DNA of 64,000 bases from assembly GCA_951813565.1 (NCBI GenBank), contig OX638351.1, forward strand, positions 800,001 to 864,000, in the 5' to 3' direction. Position 1 is the stretch's first letter. Every line of letters begins with the position of its first letter. Position numbers and translations under genes: made by a program. The notes below the pieces were generated by a model. That model searched no databases. It had not been told where the DNA came from and saw only the letters and a list, made by a program, of their open reading frames with translations. Positions 29,534-39,228 of the stretch are shown piece after piece. This DNA is from an uncultured Poribacteria bacterium (GTDB taxonomy: Bacteria; Poribacteria; WGA-4E; WGA-3G).

Positions 29534-30710
29534 ATTGGAACGTGATAACAAGTTGCTGTCCGGTGAGTTTCGCACCTATTGCTTTGGTGCTTGCAAGGCT
29601 TCGTGGTAGGGCAACATGTCGCTTAAAACCACCGATTGTAACGATCAACTCATCGCCATGTTTGGTGAGGTTGACTTCCTGTTTGGTTAAAAACGGAAGT
29701 TGCATTGCAAGTTGATAAACATCATCAACTTTCCGAAATTGGTACGGACTCTGTTCTGAAAACCTTTCTGCGGGATCAATGTTAGGATAGAGGACATCAC
29801 CCAACTTATGGAGTCCTGCTTCACCAATAATTTGATCGTCAAAAAGATTCACCTTCCAAATCGGCACATTCGAAAAATAGTTCTCGGCTTCTTCTATATA
29901 TCGTCGTTGTGTCTGTTTCCAGATTTCAAAAAACTTTGCATCAATACCTTCGGGGAAAATACGATTGATGATGACTGCATCAATACATAATCCGTAAAGA
30001 CAGAAGTACATAAATGCTCGTTGTGTTTCTTTTATTACGATTTTTTCTGGATTTGTTACTAAACGCACAGTTGTGATTTTCGGGTTTGTTAGCACTTTAT
30101 CGATGCCTTCCAATTTTTCAAAGAGGTTCTGGATATTTTGGAAGTAAGCATCCTTTGGTAATGGGACAGAGCTAACTGTTTCAATAATAGGTCCTGCAAT
30201 TTTGGCAAGGTTACGTTCTAATTTGAAGATGCGGTTCATATACCATTCAAGTGTTGTGGGGATGCTAACAAACCGCAATGATTCACCGGTCGGTGCACAG
30301 TCAAGGATAATAACGTCGTACGTGTTTTCACGGACGTACTGGTTGATATAAAGGAGCGCGCATATCTCTTCCATCCCCGGAAATACCGCTATTTCTTCTG
30401 CTACAAGGCTTTCCAAGCCAGAACGATTTAGTAATGAACGGATATAGTTGTAAACTTCGTCCCAATATTCAACAATAGCTTCTTGAACATTAATTTCCTG
30501 TATCCAGAGGTTGTCGCTGATTTGTATCTGTTTTTCGGTAGGCTGCGCTATGAGATGTTCTTGACTATCAAACGAGTCGCGGAGCGAATGTGCTACGTCA
30601 AGTGAGATGACGATCGTTTTATATCCAAGTGATGCCAGCTTCATACCTGTCGCAGCAGAGATAGTCGTTTTGCCGACACCTCCTTTGCCTGTGTAAAAAA
30701 TAATACGCAC
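29532..30710 (-). CDS. ArsA/GET3-family ATPase with an HSP20-like C-terminal domain
   Basis: 'YTGKGGVGKTT', 'DVAHSL', 'DCAPTG', 'VIINR'; C-terminal 'GDELIVTIGGFKRHVALP'. Confidence 0.92.
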   Translation of the reverse strand: MRIIFYTGKGGVGKTTISAATGMKLASLGYKTIVISLDVAHSLRDSFDSQEHLIAQPTEKQIQISDNLWIQEINVQEAIVEYWDEVYNYIRSLLNRSGLESLVAEEIAVFPGMEEICALLYINQYVRENTYDVIILDCAPTGESLRFVSIPTTLEWYMNRIFKLERNLAKIAGPIIETVSSVPLPKDAYFQNIQNLFEKLEGIDKVLTNPKITTVRLVTNPEKIVIKETQRAFMYFCLYGLCIDAVIINRIFPEGIDAKFFEIWKQTQRRYIEEAENYFSNVPIWKVNLFDDQIIGEAGLHKLGDVLYPNIDPAERFSEQSPYQFRKVDDVYQLAMQLPFLTKQEVNLTKHGDELIVTIGGFKRHVALPRSLASTKAIGAKLTGQQLVITFQ

Positions 30711-30825
30711 TGTTTGGGATCCTACCTATCTGTTTATTTTTGTTAAGTATATCTTAAAATATAGTGGATTTGCCAATAAGTTTTATTGATAGGTATGTAA
30801 ATATTGGGATAAAGTTAACACACCA

Positions 30826-31451
30826 CATAACTGTCAATTTAGTGATCCGCCACCCTGGTAGGCGCGTTTTGTAAATGCGCCTACCGTTTGCGTATTTTGC
30901 ACGTAAAGTGCCTTAAGTTGACACCTATGTGGCGGACCACAGAAACCCATAACTGTCAATTTAGGAGACAAAGCCCGTCACGACTTGTAGGGCGGGTCTC
31001 TGTGCCCCGCCATATCTGATGTATCCAAACAACGGGCGGGCACAGAGACCCGCCCCTACAATGGAGCCGGGATGCTCTGAAAGAATATCGGGCTTACAAA
31101 GCCCTCCCACAAGAAGGTGTATCCTTAAGTTGACACCTATGTGGCGGACCACAGAAACCCATAACTGTCAATTTAAGCTTATAATTACCAGATTGTTTCT
31201 TGTGGGAGGGCTTTCTAAGCCCGATTTTGTAAATCTCAACCTTTTAAATCCAAATCAACGCTGAATACGCCAAATCAAGAAATCAACGGTATGAATCATG
31301 GCGAATGCCATACGCGCATTCGTCTTTAGTCATTCACCGGGTATGAATGCCTATTGGCATTCCCCGTATGGTATTCATCCAAATCAACGCAGCATGCGCG
31401 TATGGCATGCTGCGGGGTTGAAAACCCTCCTACAAGAAGGTGTATCCTTAA
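30826..31451. repeat. Tandem array of three TIR-bounded units with different REP cargo, joined by an identical 18-bp linker
   Basis: 53-bp junction ccttaagttgacacctatgtggcggaccacagaaacccataactgtcaattta is identical at 30911-30963 and 31123-31175; partial copies at 30826-30841 and 31446-31451. Confidence 0.85.
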
Positions 31452-32461
31452 CGTGAGTTTGATAAATAATTAGAAGTTACATATCATTGGCAACTGATAG
31501 TCATTTTCCTGGAGTTCTTTGTGTTTGAGTGAAGGTTTCTTCGTCAGACAGGTATAAGCGATCAAGGCAGCAACTGTGTTCACTTGAAAGTTAACAGGAC
31601 TTCTATGCCGTGTGTGTTGTATTTCTGTCTGAGTTTTGAGTTCTTTATTCACCGACTCAATGAGCATCCGTTTTCGTAAAAGTGCTGCATCAGCCTGAGA
31701 CAAAGGTTCAGGTTTCATGTTCTTACGCACCTTGTAAACGAGTGCCACACCGTCTTCTTGGAGCCTCTCCCGCAGGTTTTTCGCGATGTATCCTTTATCG
31801 GCAAAAACTTTGCCAAAGAGCCCTTGACACAACTGTGGCACGGGTTTCCTGTCATCTACGTTTCCCGCTGTTACCATAGCTGACAAAAGCTCACCTTGGT
31901 CGTTGATGACGAGATGGAGTTTGAAACCATAGAACCACCCCATAGAGGTTTTAGAACGCCCCGCATCATCAGCGAAGACGCGATGCGTTGAAATCCGACG
32001 ATTGTGGCAGACCGGGAGAGGCGTTGAGTCTATGAAGGAAATCCCGCGACATTCACCGAAACGGGTGTTTAGAAGAATAGACAACGGCACCAATACCTCT
32101 TGTGAGAGCTGCACAAAACGGCTATAACTGACAAGGTTTGGAAATGCCCAACGCAACTCGCAGCAAACATAATCCTGATAATAGGCTCTAAAGTTTTTAT
32201 ACCGCTTCTGATGAAAATGAACCAGTATCGTCATGACTTCGCTCGGATGAAGGCGCCTGGGTCTGCCGCGTGTATTGCCTGTGCCGAGTATTTCCGGCAA
32301 CTGGTGTTGTGCTCGATATTGTTCATACAAAAGAAAAAAGTCGTCAATTTCACAGAAAAGTGTTATCATATCCATCAGAGAACTCCTTTGTGAGTATTTG
32401 GTATACTTCATAATAACAAAGGGGTTCTCTATTTACCAGTTTTTAATTATCAAACTCACGT
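31451..32461 (-). mobile_element. IS982-family insertion sequence
   Basis: Perfect 15-bp TIR ACGTGAGTTTGATAA (31451-31465) / TTATCAAACTCACGT (32447-32461); no flanking direct repeat longer than TA. Confidence 0.92.
31470..32411 (-). CDS. IS982-family DDE transposase (true start probably 'MDMITLFCEIDDF')
   Basis: 'FIDST', 'GWFYGFKLHLVIN', 'FADKGY', 'RMLIESV'. Confidence 0.93.
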   Translation of the reverse strand: MKYTKYSQRSSLMDMITLFCEIDDFFLLYEQYRAQHQLPEILGTGNTRGRPRRLHPSEVMTILVHFHQKRYKNFRAYYQDYVCCELRWAFPNLVSYSRFVQLSQEVLVPLSILLNTRFGECRGISFIDSTPLPVCHNRRISTHRVFADDAGRSKTSMGWFYGFKLHLVINDQGELLSAMVTAGNVDDRKPVPQLCQGLFGKVFADKGYIAKNLRERLQEDGVALVYKVRKNMKPEPLSQADAALLRKRMLIESVNKELKTQTEIQHTRHRSPVNFQVNTVAALIAYTCLTKKPSLKHKELQENDYQLPMICNF

Positions 32462-32752
32462 TATAAACTAATATCTCTCGAATAACTATTCATTAGAGTT
32501 GTTATTTCTCCTTGCGGGGGAGAAATCCCCCGCACCAACATAAAATGAATTATTCGTCGGGACATGCCTTACAATAAGTTGGTGCCGACTTTGATAAATA
32601 ATTTACACACCCTTCCTTTTGCAATCTGTTGCAAATTTCTCCGCTACATGCTATACTTACAAAAATTTAAGTATTTTCACAAAACCTGCAATGTCATTTG
32701 CAAACTGTGCTAATTCATCATGTGAATCTAAATTTCCTGCAAGGAGACATTT

Positions 32753-33808
32753 ATGCCGATTGTATCTCACGTTGTGTTAAGAAAATTTGTATGCGATATC
32801 TATCAAGGTGCAGGTGGCACCGAAGAAGATGCCCGTATCGTCAGTGACCACGTCGTCGATTCTAATTTGGCGGGACACGATTCACACGGTGTTATCAACG
32901 CTCCGAACTACATCGGTGGAATGGCAGGTGGTCCAGCAGCAGACAAAATGGAGATTGTCAAAGAGGGTGGGGCTGCGACGGTTATCAACGTGAACGGGGC
33001 GCTCGGCATGGTTGCAGCACGCAAAGCAATGGAGATGGCAGTCGAAAAAGCAAAAACCTGTACTATCGGGGCAGTCGGTTTACATCAGTGTGGACATGCA
33101 GGACGGATGGGCGAATATCCGCCAATTGCAGCACGGGCGGGAATGATAGGTATTGTTTTGCTAAATGGTGGCGGCAGGTTTATGCATCCACACGGTGGCA
33201 CCTCACGGAGACTACCACCTAATCCAATTGCCATATCCGTGCCTCGTGCAAATGGTGAGCCACTTCTATTAGATATGACGCTCAGTGTGGTCGCAGGCGG
33301 CAAACTTCTCGTCCAGTCCGCACGTGGCGAACCGATACCGGAAGGGTGGATGATTGATTCCGAGGGGAACGCTTTAACAGACCCAAATGTGTTTCGTGAA
33401 CGTCCACAAGATACGGCAGTCATGCCACTCGGAGGATTTCAGTTCGGGCATAAAGGTTTTGGACTTGGCGTGATGATAGATGCCATTGCGGGTGGACTTT
33501 CTTGGGCAGGATGTAGTCGTGAACAACCCACACGCGGCGCAAGCGGCATTGTAATGTTTGCAATTAAAATTGAGGATTTTATTGACTTAGTTGACTATGA
33601 ACAGGAGATTGAATATCTTGTAGAGTGGATTAAGTCATCAGCGAGGTTGCCAGGGACCAACGAAATCTATGTCCCTGGCGAATTTGAGCAACGGAGTCGT
33701 GAAAAACGGGTAAAAGAAGGAATACCAATAGAAGAACCGACGTGGAATCGGCTTGTGGAAGCAGCCGAACGTTTTGACGTTGCTATACCTAAGGTTCTTC
33801 AACCTTAG
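32753..33808 (+). CDS. Ldh_2-family oxidoreductase (malate/L-lactate/sulfolactate dehydrogenase-like)
   Basis: 'GHDSHG', 'HAGRMG', 'NPIAI', 'LDM', 'GHKGFGL', 'VPGE'. Confidence 0.92.
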   Translation: MPIVSHVVLRKFVCDIYQGAGGTEEDARIVSDHVVDSNLAGHDSHGVINAPNYIGGMAGGPAADKMEIVKEGGAATVINVNGALGMVAARKAMEMAVEKAKTCTIGAVGLHQCGHAGRMGEYPPIAARAGMIGIVLLNGGGRFMHPHGGTSRRLPPNPIAISVPRANGEPLLLDMTLSVVAGGKLLVQSARGEPIPEGWMIDSEGNALTDPNVFRERPQDTAVMPLGGFQFGHKGFGLGVMIDAIAGGLSWAGCSREQPTRGASGIVMFAIKIEDFIDLVDYEQEIEYLVEWIKSSARLPGTNEIYVPGEFEQRSREKRVKEGIPIEEPTWNRLVEAAERFDVAIPKVLQP

Positions 33809-33870
33809 TAGATACAATTTTGAATTTTCATACCTAAACCCTAAACTTGCATATCAAAAGGAGCAAACAA

Positions 33871-34503
33871 ATGAGAATCTTAAGTATTTTGTCCATTCTG
33901 TTTATTGGTGTTTTAGGTTGTGCCGTGCTGAACCAGCCAACTTTTGAAGTTACTTCGTCCCGACTCACAAGCGAGACAAACCCACAACTTGTAGACGGGA
34001 ATTTGGACACGATTAGCACGTTTGCTGTAAGAGGTCACCTTGAGAAAAGTTACAAGTCTCTCCCTGGAGAGAATCGCACCTTTGGTAACACGCAGCGAAA
34101 ATATATGACGCAGGTTGAAGGGAGTCGTCGAACAGAAGCAGTAATTAAGCTGGATGCACCGACGTATATATCCTATGTTGAGATATATCCTGCATCGCGT
34201 ATCCCTAAGTTAGCGCTCATGACAACTCTGGAAGATCCGAAGTTTGCTTCTTCTTTCAATGTGGTTCATGATAAACTACATACGACCTTAGAGGGAAAAC
34301 GACCTGTCAGATTCCAAATTAATCGGAAAATTCTTTATTTGCGGTTGACAGCGGATGGAATAGAGGATAGGCAAAATGCCATCCGTGAGAAAAAAGAGAA
34401 AAATGAGAGAGATAAGAAAAAAGAGAAAATAGATATAGACGCACGCATTCAGATTCCGCTTAAAGGTGCTTCCATTCGGGAGGTAAAATTTTATGCTCGA
34501 TAG
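33871..34503 (+). CDS. Hypothetical lipoprotein (paralog 1)
   Basis: Lipobox 'VLGC'; shares 'ETNP..VDGNLDT', 'LYLR.TADGIEDR', 'PLKGA.I.EVKFY' with the next gene. Confidence 0.75.
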   Translation: MRILSILSILFIGVLGCAVLNQPTFEVTSSRLTSETNPQLVDGNLDTISTFAVRGHLEKSYKSLPGENRTFGNTQRKYMTQVEGSRRTEAVIKLDAPTYISYVEIYPASRIPKLALMTTLEDPKFASSFNVVHDKLHTTLEGKRPVRFQINRKILYLRLTADGIEDRQNAIREKKEKNERDKKKEKIDIDARIQIPLKGASIREVKFYAR

Positions 34504-35122
34504 AAAGCGGAAACGAAGTATTCTCAGTTTATTGTTGTTGGTTTTTGGTATATCGGGGTGTGCTTTACTTCAAAACCCTCCTGTAGCGGAACTTCCGCCA
34601 TCGCGGCTCATGTGTGAAACGAACCCAAAGATGGTAGATGGCAATTTGGATACAGTAGGAACGTTCCAAGCATACGGTTCTATTCGGAAGATGTTTTTTG
34701 AGGAAGGTACGGTTGAGTTTGCCTCCAATCCGAAGAGTTATCAGGTAAATCATGATGGCACCCTAAAAACAGAAACACTGATAAAATTGGATAAACCAAC
34801 GTATGTGGTTTATATAGAAATCTATCCGGGTTCTGATATTCCGAAGATTGCCCTTGATTTTACAGCAGAGGAAAAATCGCCAAAGTGGCGCAACTCGTTT
34901 GTCGCCGTAATGGATAAACGACACACAGATATAAAAAACAAGCAGATGGTGCGGTTCCCAATTAGGCAGGAAGTGCTGTATCTGCGAATAACTGCAGACG
35001 GTATTGAAGATCGGAAAAATCAAACTCGCGTCGATAGTGAAGACCACCGCTTTTCTTTTGGAATTGTTACGCCATTAAAAGGTGCTCAAATACAGGAAGT
35101 CAAGTTTTACGAGCAGATGTAA
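34493..35122 (+). CDS. Hypothetical lipoprotein (paralog 2)
   Basis: Lipobox 'ISGC'; overlaps the previous stop; same conserved blocks. Confidence 0.75.
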   Translation: MLDRKRKRSILSLLLLVFGISGCALLQNPPVAELPPSRLMCETNPKMVDGNLDTVGTFQAYGSIRKMFFEEGTVEFASNPKSYQVNHDGTLKTETLIKLDKPTYVVYIEIYPGSDIPKIALDFTAEEKSPKWRNSFVAVMDKRHTDIKNKQMVRFPIRQEVLYLRITADGIEDRKNQTRVDSEDHRFSFGIVTPLKGAQIQEVKFYEQM

Positions 35123-35307
35123 GAAATTGCTTGAATTTAGTTTCACGGAATTGTATAATATACAAACTTGCTACAACGTGAACCAATCTCTTAGATTTCT
35201 TGCCCCGAGTCTCTTATATATTATGCCTATAAACCGTTTTTGGTTGACTTATCCTACAAAACTGTGTTAAGTTTAGCACATAACATTCTTGGAGGATCAA
35301 AACCCGA

Positions 35308-36318
35308 TTGGAAAAACAAGAATTAAAGGGTGTCCCTATTCAAAACAACGCTGAAGTCCAAGCACTTTTTGGGCAAAGCGATGCCTTCTTAAAAATCATT
35401 GAAAATGATTTTGATGTGCGCATTGTTTTGAAAAGCGATAGTATCGCTGTCCTTGGTGAAAACCTAAAAGAGGTTAACAGAGTTGTAACGGTGTTGGAAT
35501 CGCTTCTGCACCGTATTCGAAAAGGCGAACGAATTCAGGCAACTGACGTCAACTACGTTATCCGCGCAACGGAAACCGATGAAGCAAGCATTTTGGATCA
35601 AAGTTCGGCAGAATCCATACCGGTATTCTCAAAGCGTGGCGTGATTCGTCCGAAAACTGCTGGGCAAAAACGGTACGTTGAAGCGATAAAACACAACGAT
35701 CTCGTATTTGGCATCGGGCCTGCGGGAACAGGAAAAACCTATCTTGCAATGGCAATGGCTGTTTCTGCGCTTAAGAATGGTCAGGTGAGTCGTATCATCT
35801 TAACCCGACCTGCCGTTGAAGCAGGTGAACGTCTCGGATTTTTACCTGGTGATATAGCCGCAAAAGTGCACCCGTATCTACGACCACTATACGATGCGTT
35901 GTACGATATGATACCACCTGATACACTTGACAATTACATTGAACGGAACATTATTGAAGTCGCGCCGATTGCTTTCATGCGCGGTAGAACACTTAACAAT
36001 TCTTTTGTGGTTCTTGATGAAGCGCAAAATGCAACGATTGAACAGATGAAAATGTTTCTTACACGGCTCGGTTTTGATTCAAAAGCCGTTATAACAGGCG
36101 ACATCACACAAACAGACCTGCCAACGCATAAAGTATCGGGACTCGCAGACGCTCAACAGGTGCTTGATGGCATCAAGGGCATCCAATTCATATACTTCTC
36201 AAAGACTGATGTCGTTAGGCATGAATTGGTGCAGCGTATTATTGAAGCTTATGAGCGATCAACACCGCCTCCAGATGTGAAACGCGTATTAGCAGAATCC
36301 GAAAAGTCTGAAGGTTAA
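35308..36318 (+). CDS. phoH: PhoH-family ATPase
   Basis: 'GPAGTGKTYLA', 'RPAVEAGERLGFLPG', 'FMRGRT', 'DEAQN'. Confidence 0.95.
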   Translation: MEKQELKGVPIQNNAEVQALFGQSDAFLKIIENDFDVRIVLKSDSIAVLGENLKEVNRVVTVLESLLHRIRKGERIQATDVNYVIRATETDEASILDQSSAESIPVFSKRGVIRPKTAGQKRYVEAIKHNDLVFGIGPAGTGKTYLAMAMAVSALKNGQVSRIILTRPAVEAGERLGFLPGDIAAKVHPYLRPLYDALYDMIPPDTLDNYIERNIIEVAPIAFMRGRTLNNSFVVLDEAQNATIEQMKMFLTRLGFDSKAVITGDITQTDLPTHKVSGLADAQQVLDGIKGIQFIYFSKTDVVRHELVQRIIEAYERSTPPPDVKRVLAESEKSEG

Positions 36319-36323
36319 CGGGT

Positions 36324-36785
36324 TTGATTGACATTACCAATGCCAGCAACAATGCCACGTTTGATGTCGAAATTGTCCACAGAGCAGTTTTCGCGACAGT
36401 AAATGCACATAATTTAGAAGATTATGAAGTAAGCGTTTTGTTAACAGATGATCCTCACATGACAGAATTGAACCTTGAGTATCGTGGGATTGATGCGCCA
36501 ACGGATGTGTTGGCATTCGCTATGCGTGAAGATGAAGATAGCAATCTGATGAATCCCAACATTCTTGGGGATATTGTTATATCGTTGGAAACAGCAGAAC
36601 GTCAAGCAAAAAATGAAACGCATTCGCTTGAAGAGGAAGTCGCATTTCTAACGATACACGGTGTACTGCATCTACTCGGTTATGATCATCAAACAGAAAA
36701 AGAAGTCGCTGTTATGTTTGAGAAACAAGAAACTATTTTGCGATGCTTGCAAATAGATACTGAGAAGCGTACAATTTCTGTTTGA
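36324..36785 (+). CDS. ybeY: rRNA maturation RNase YbeY
   Basis: 'PTDVLAF', 'LGDIVIS', 'IHGVLHLLGYDH'. Confidence 0.96.
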   Translation: MIDITNASNNATFDVEIVHRAVFATVNAHNLEDYEVSVLLTDDPHMTELNLEYRGIDAPTDVLAFAMREDEDSNLMNPNILGDIVISLETAERQAKNETHSLEEEVAFLTIHGVLHLLGYDHQTEKEVAVMFEKQETILRCLQIDTEKRTISV

Positions 36786-36822
36786 CCTCAGAACATTCAA
36801 TTATTAGAGATTTATCGGAGGT

Positions 36823-38109
36823 GTGATTTTACGCTTGGATGAGCAACATATAGCTATAAGATTAGTTTGTTTAGGAATTCTGTTAATTTTAAATGCACTC
36901 TTTTCAGCTGCAGAGGCTTTGCTGGCTCGGTTAACGCGAGCAGATATTCTGAAATTCGCGGAGGAAGGTGGAAAACGCTACGAGGTATTGACATCACTTT
37001 TGCACCACCCGCGCCGCTATTCATTAACTATCATCACAGCGAAGACTCTCCTGATGGTGGCAAGCGTTGTCTTGTTTACGACATTTTGGGACAATCTTAT
37101 ATTGAGCGGTGGACTCGCTGTCCTGCTTCTTGTCGTTTTCACAGAATTGTTTCCTAAAAACTACGTCCAAAATAGTCCCAGCGGAACGACTATTCATGCC
37201 CTACGTGCCTTACGTATCGTTTATTGGGGCGGTTTTCTAATTTTAATCCCTCTGAATTTTCTTGTGAATCTTTTTATCCGCATCTGCGGCGGCAAGGTTA
37301 CGTCTGCACAGGATAGCCTTGTATCTCCAGAAGTATTAGAAACCCTTGATAACGTCGCAGACAGCCAGAATATTTTAGAGCCAGATGACCGTGAAATGAT
37401 TGCTCGGATTTTGGACCTACCGGATAAAGTGGTCCGAGAAATTATGGTGGCACGAACCGATATGGTATGTCTTGAGGTAGAGACACCTGCTTCCGAAGTT
37501 TTGCAGACAACAATTGCATGTCGGCATACGCGTATTCCGATATATGAAGAGACGATTGATAACATTGTCGGAATTTTGCATGTTAAGGACATGTTAGATT
37601 GTTGGGCAGAGGAGAAACCGATTAACCTTAGCGAACTGATTATTGGTCGCACACCTTTTTTTACACCAGAGAGTAAAAAGATTTCGGAATTGTTCCGAGA
37701 ACTACGAGAGCATAAACAACACATCGCTATTGTTGTGGATGAATACGGTGGTACAGCCGGGATTGTAACGCTTGAAAATATTATTGAAGAGATTGTAGGC
37801 GAAATCCAAGATGAAGACGAAGTAGATGAACAGGATGCCTACATGCAAATTAGTCCCAATGTTTACTCTGTTGATGCCAGATTGAACCTTGTCGAATTGA
37901 ACGAAAAACTTGGTACAGAACTTGACGCGGAAAATATTGATACTATCGGTGGGTTTTTAGTAGACCATCTTGGACGAGTTCCTGAAGAGGGGGACGTTTT
38001 CACCTATAGAGGGATTGGTTTCACGATATTAGAAGCAGACGAACGGAGGATTCATCGTATCCAAATTCAGATGCCGAACAACGCTAACGATGATGTAGAT
38101 TCCGAATAA
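36823..38109 (+). CDS. Hemolysin/CNNM-CBS-CorC family membrane protein
   Basis: DUF21 'NALFSAAE', CBS pair 'HTRIPIY' and 'VDEYGGTAGIVTLENIIEEIVGEIQDE', CorC tail. Confidence 0.92.
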   Translation: MILRLDEQHIAIRLVCLGILLILNALFSAAEALLARLTRADILKFAEEGGKRYEVLTSLLHHPRRYSLTIITAKTLLMVASVVLFTTFWDNLILSGGLAVLLLVVFTELFPKNYVQNSPSGTTIHALRALRIVYWGGFLILIPLNFLVNLFIRICGGKVTSAQDSLVSPEVLETLDNVADSQNILEPDDREMIARILDLPDKVVREIMVARTDMVCLEVETPASEVLQTTIACRHTRIPIYEETIDNIVGILHVKDMLDCWAEEKPINLSELIIGRTPFFTPESKKISELFRELREHKQHIAIVVDEYGGTAGIVTLENIIEEIVGEIQDEDEVDEQDAYMQISPNVYSVDARLNLVELNEKLGTELDAENIDTIGGFLVDHLGRVPEEGDVFTYRGIGFTILEADERRIHRIQIQMPNNANDDVDSE

Positions 38110-38128
38110 TTTAGAGTTTATATCGTTT

Positions 38129-38156
38129 GTAGTCGCGCAATTCATTGCGCGACTAC
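38129..38156. repeat. GTAG-type REP palindrome
   Basis: gtagtcgcgcaattcattgcgcgactac; a half copy lies at about 445-463. Confidence 0.7.
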
Positions 38157-38215
38157 CTCTACAATGAGGGTGTTAGTTTTTGTCAAAACTTTACGTGCTT
38201 TTTGCCATAAAAGAT

Positions 38216-38245
38216 TTGACAAAGTGGATAAAATTGAGGTATAAT
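38216..38245 (+). promoter_or_regulatory. Consensus sigma70 promoter of tRNA-Pro/recO
   Basis: TTGACA (38216-38221), 18 nt spacer, TATAAT (38240-38245). Confidence 0.8.
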
Positions 38246-38256
38246 TAAGCATAGAA

Positions 38257-38331
<75 letters not shown>

Positions 38332-38385
38332 TCTTATCCGTCTTATACCGCATGATTATAAATAACTGCTACCACACATAAAAAC

Positions 38386-39168
38386 ATGCCTGTTCAAAAG
38401 ACGCAAGCAATTGTGATTCGCGCTTTTTCCTTACGCGAAGCTCACAAGATCATCACCTTCTATACCCCCAATTTTGGTAAAGTTAAAGCTATGGCTTACG
38501 GTGTAAAAAGCCCGAAAAGCAAGCTGAGCGGCAGTTTAGAACTGCTCAATCACGGCATGCTCCTTTTTAACTATCGCGAAAATAGAGATTTGCAAAACCT
38601 TACAGGTTTTGAACTTATTGAAGGTTTTGACGGAATCCGAACCGATTTTGCTCGAATTACCTACGGATGCTATTTAGCAGAATTAATTGATGCTATCGCA
38701 TCAGAAGGCAACGCGAATCCTGAAGTTTTCGATTTGCTGCGAGATACGTACCAATTTTTAACGGATGCTGATGATTTAGCATTGCTCGCGCGGTTTTTTG
38801 AAATTAAGTTTCTTGACCTTACAGGTTACGCACCACAACTTTCTCAGTGTGCAAATTGTGGTTCAGTTGTGACTGCTACATCTGTCAATAATACGCAAAG
38901 TGTACTTGTGGTGCTCTTTAGTGTTCGACACGGTGGGTTGCTTTGCGGAGATTGCCAACATAGAGATACCTCCGCATTTTCAATAGCACCCGGAAGTTGT
39001 GAACTTTTGAAGACATTACGGAAATCAGAATTGGGTAAGTTAAGTAGAATTCGTGCATCTACGCGTAATCATCGTGAACTGAAACTTGTCCTTAGTAGTT
39101 TCATTCAGTACCATACGGAGCGAAATTTAAAAAGCCTCAAATTCATTGAAAGTGTGTTAGAAGTATGA
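38386..39168 (+). CDS. recO: DNA repair protein RecO
   Basis: N-terminal OB fold 'KTQAIVIR...EAHKIITFYT..FGKV', zinc site 'CANCG...GGLLCGDC'; phoH-ybeY context. Confidence 0.93.
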   Translation: MPVQKTQAIVIRAFSLREAHKIITFYTPNFGKVKAMAYGVKSPKSKLSGSLELLNHGMLLFNYRENRDLQNLTGFELIEGFDGIRTDFARITYGCYLAELIDAIASEGNANPEVFDLLRDTYQFLTDADDLALLARFFEIKFLDLTGYAPQLSQCANCGSVVTATSVNNTQSVLVVLFSVRHGGLLCGDCQHRDTSAFSIAPGSCELLKTLRKSELGKLSRIRASTRNHRELKLVLSSFIQYHTERNLKSLKFIESVLEV

Positions 39169-39228
39169 CGTTTGCGAAACGCCAAACACGCTTGTTTAGC
39201 GTGTTCTACAGAAGATAAGGAGTTGTCA

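Noticed and set aside
29532..30710. Arsenic-resistance operon
   Set aside because: Single-domain ArsA/GET3 type with an HSP20-like tail; no arsB, arsC, arsD or arsR nearby.
30826..31451. CRISPR array
   Set aside because: Only two full 53-bp repeats; spacers are long, unequal and made of REPs; no cas genes; the repeat parses as two TIR ends plus a linker.
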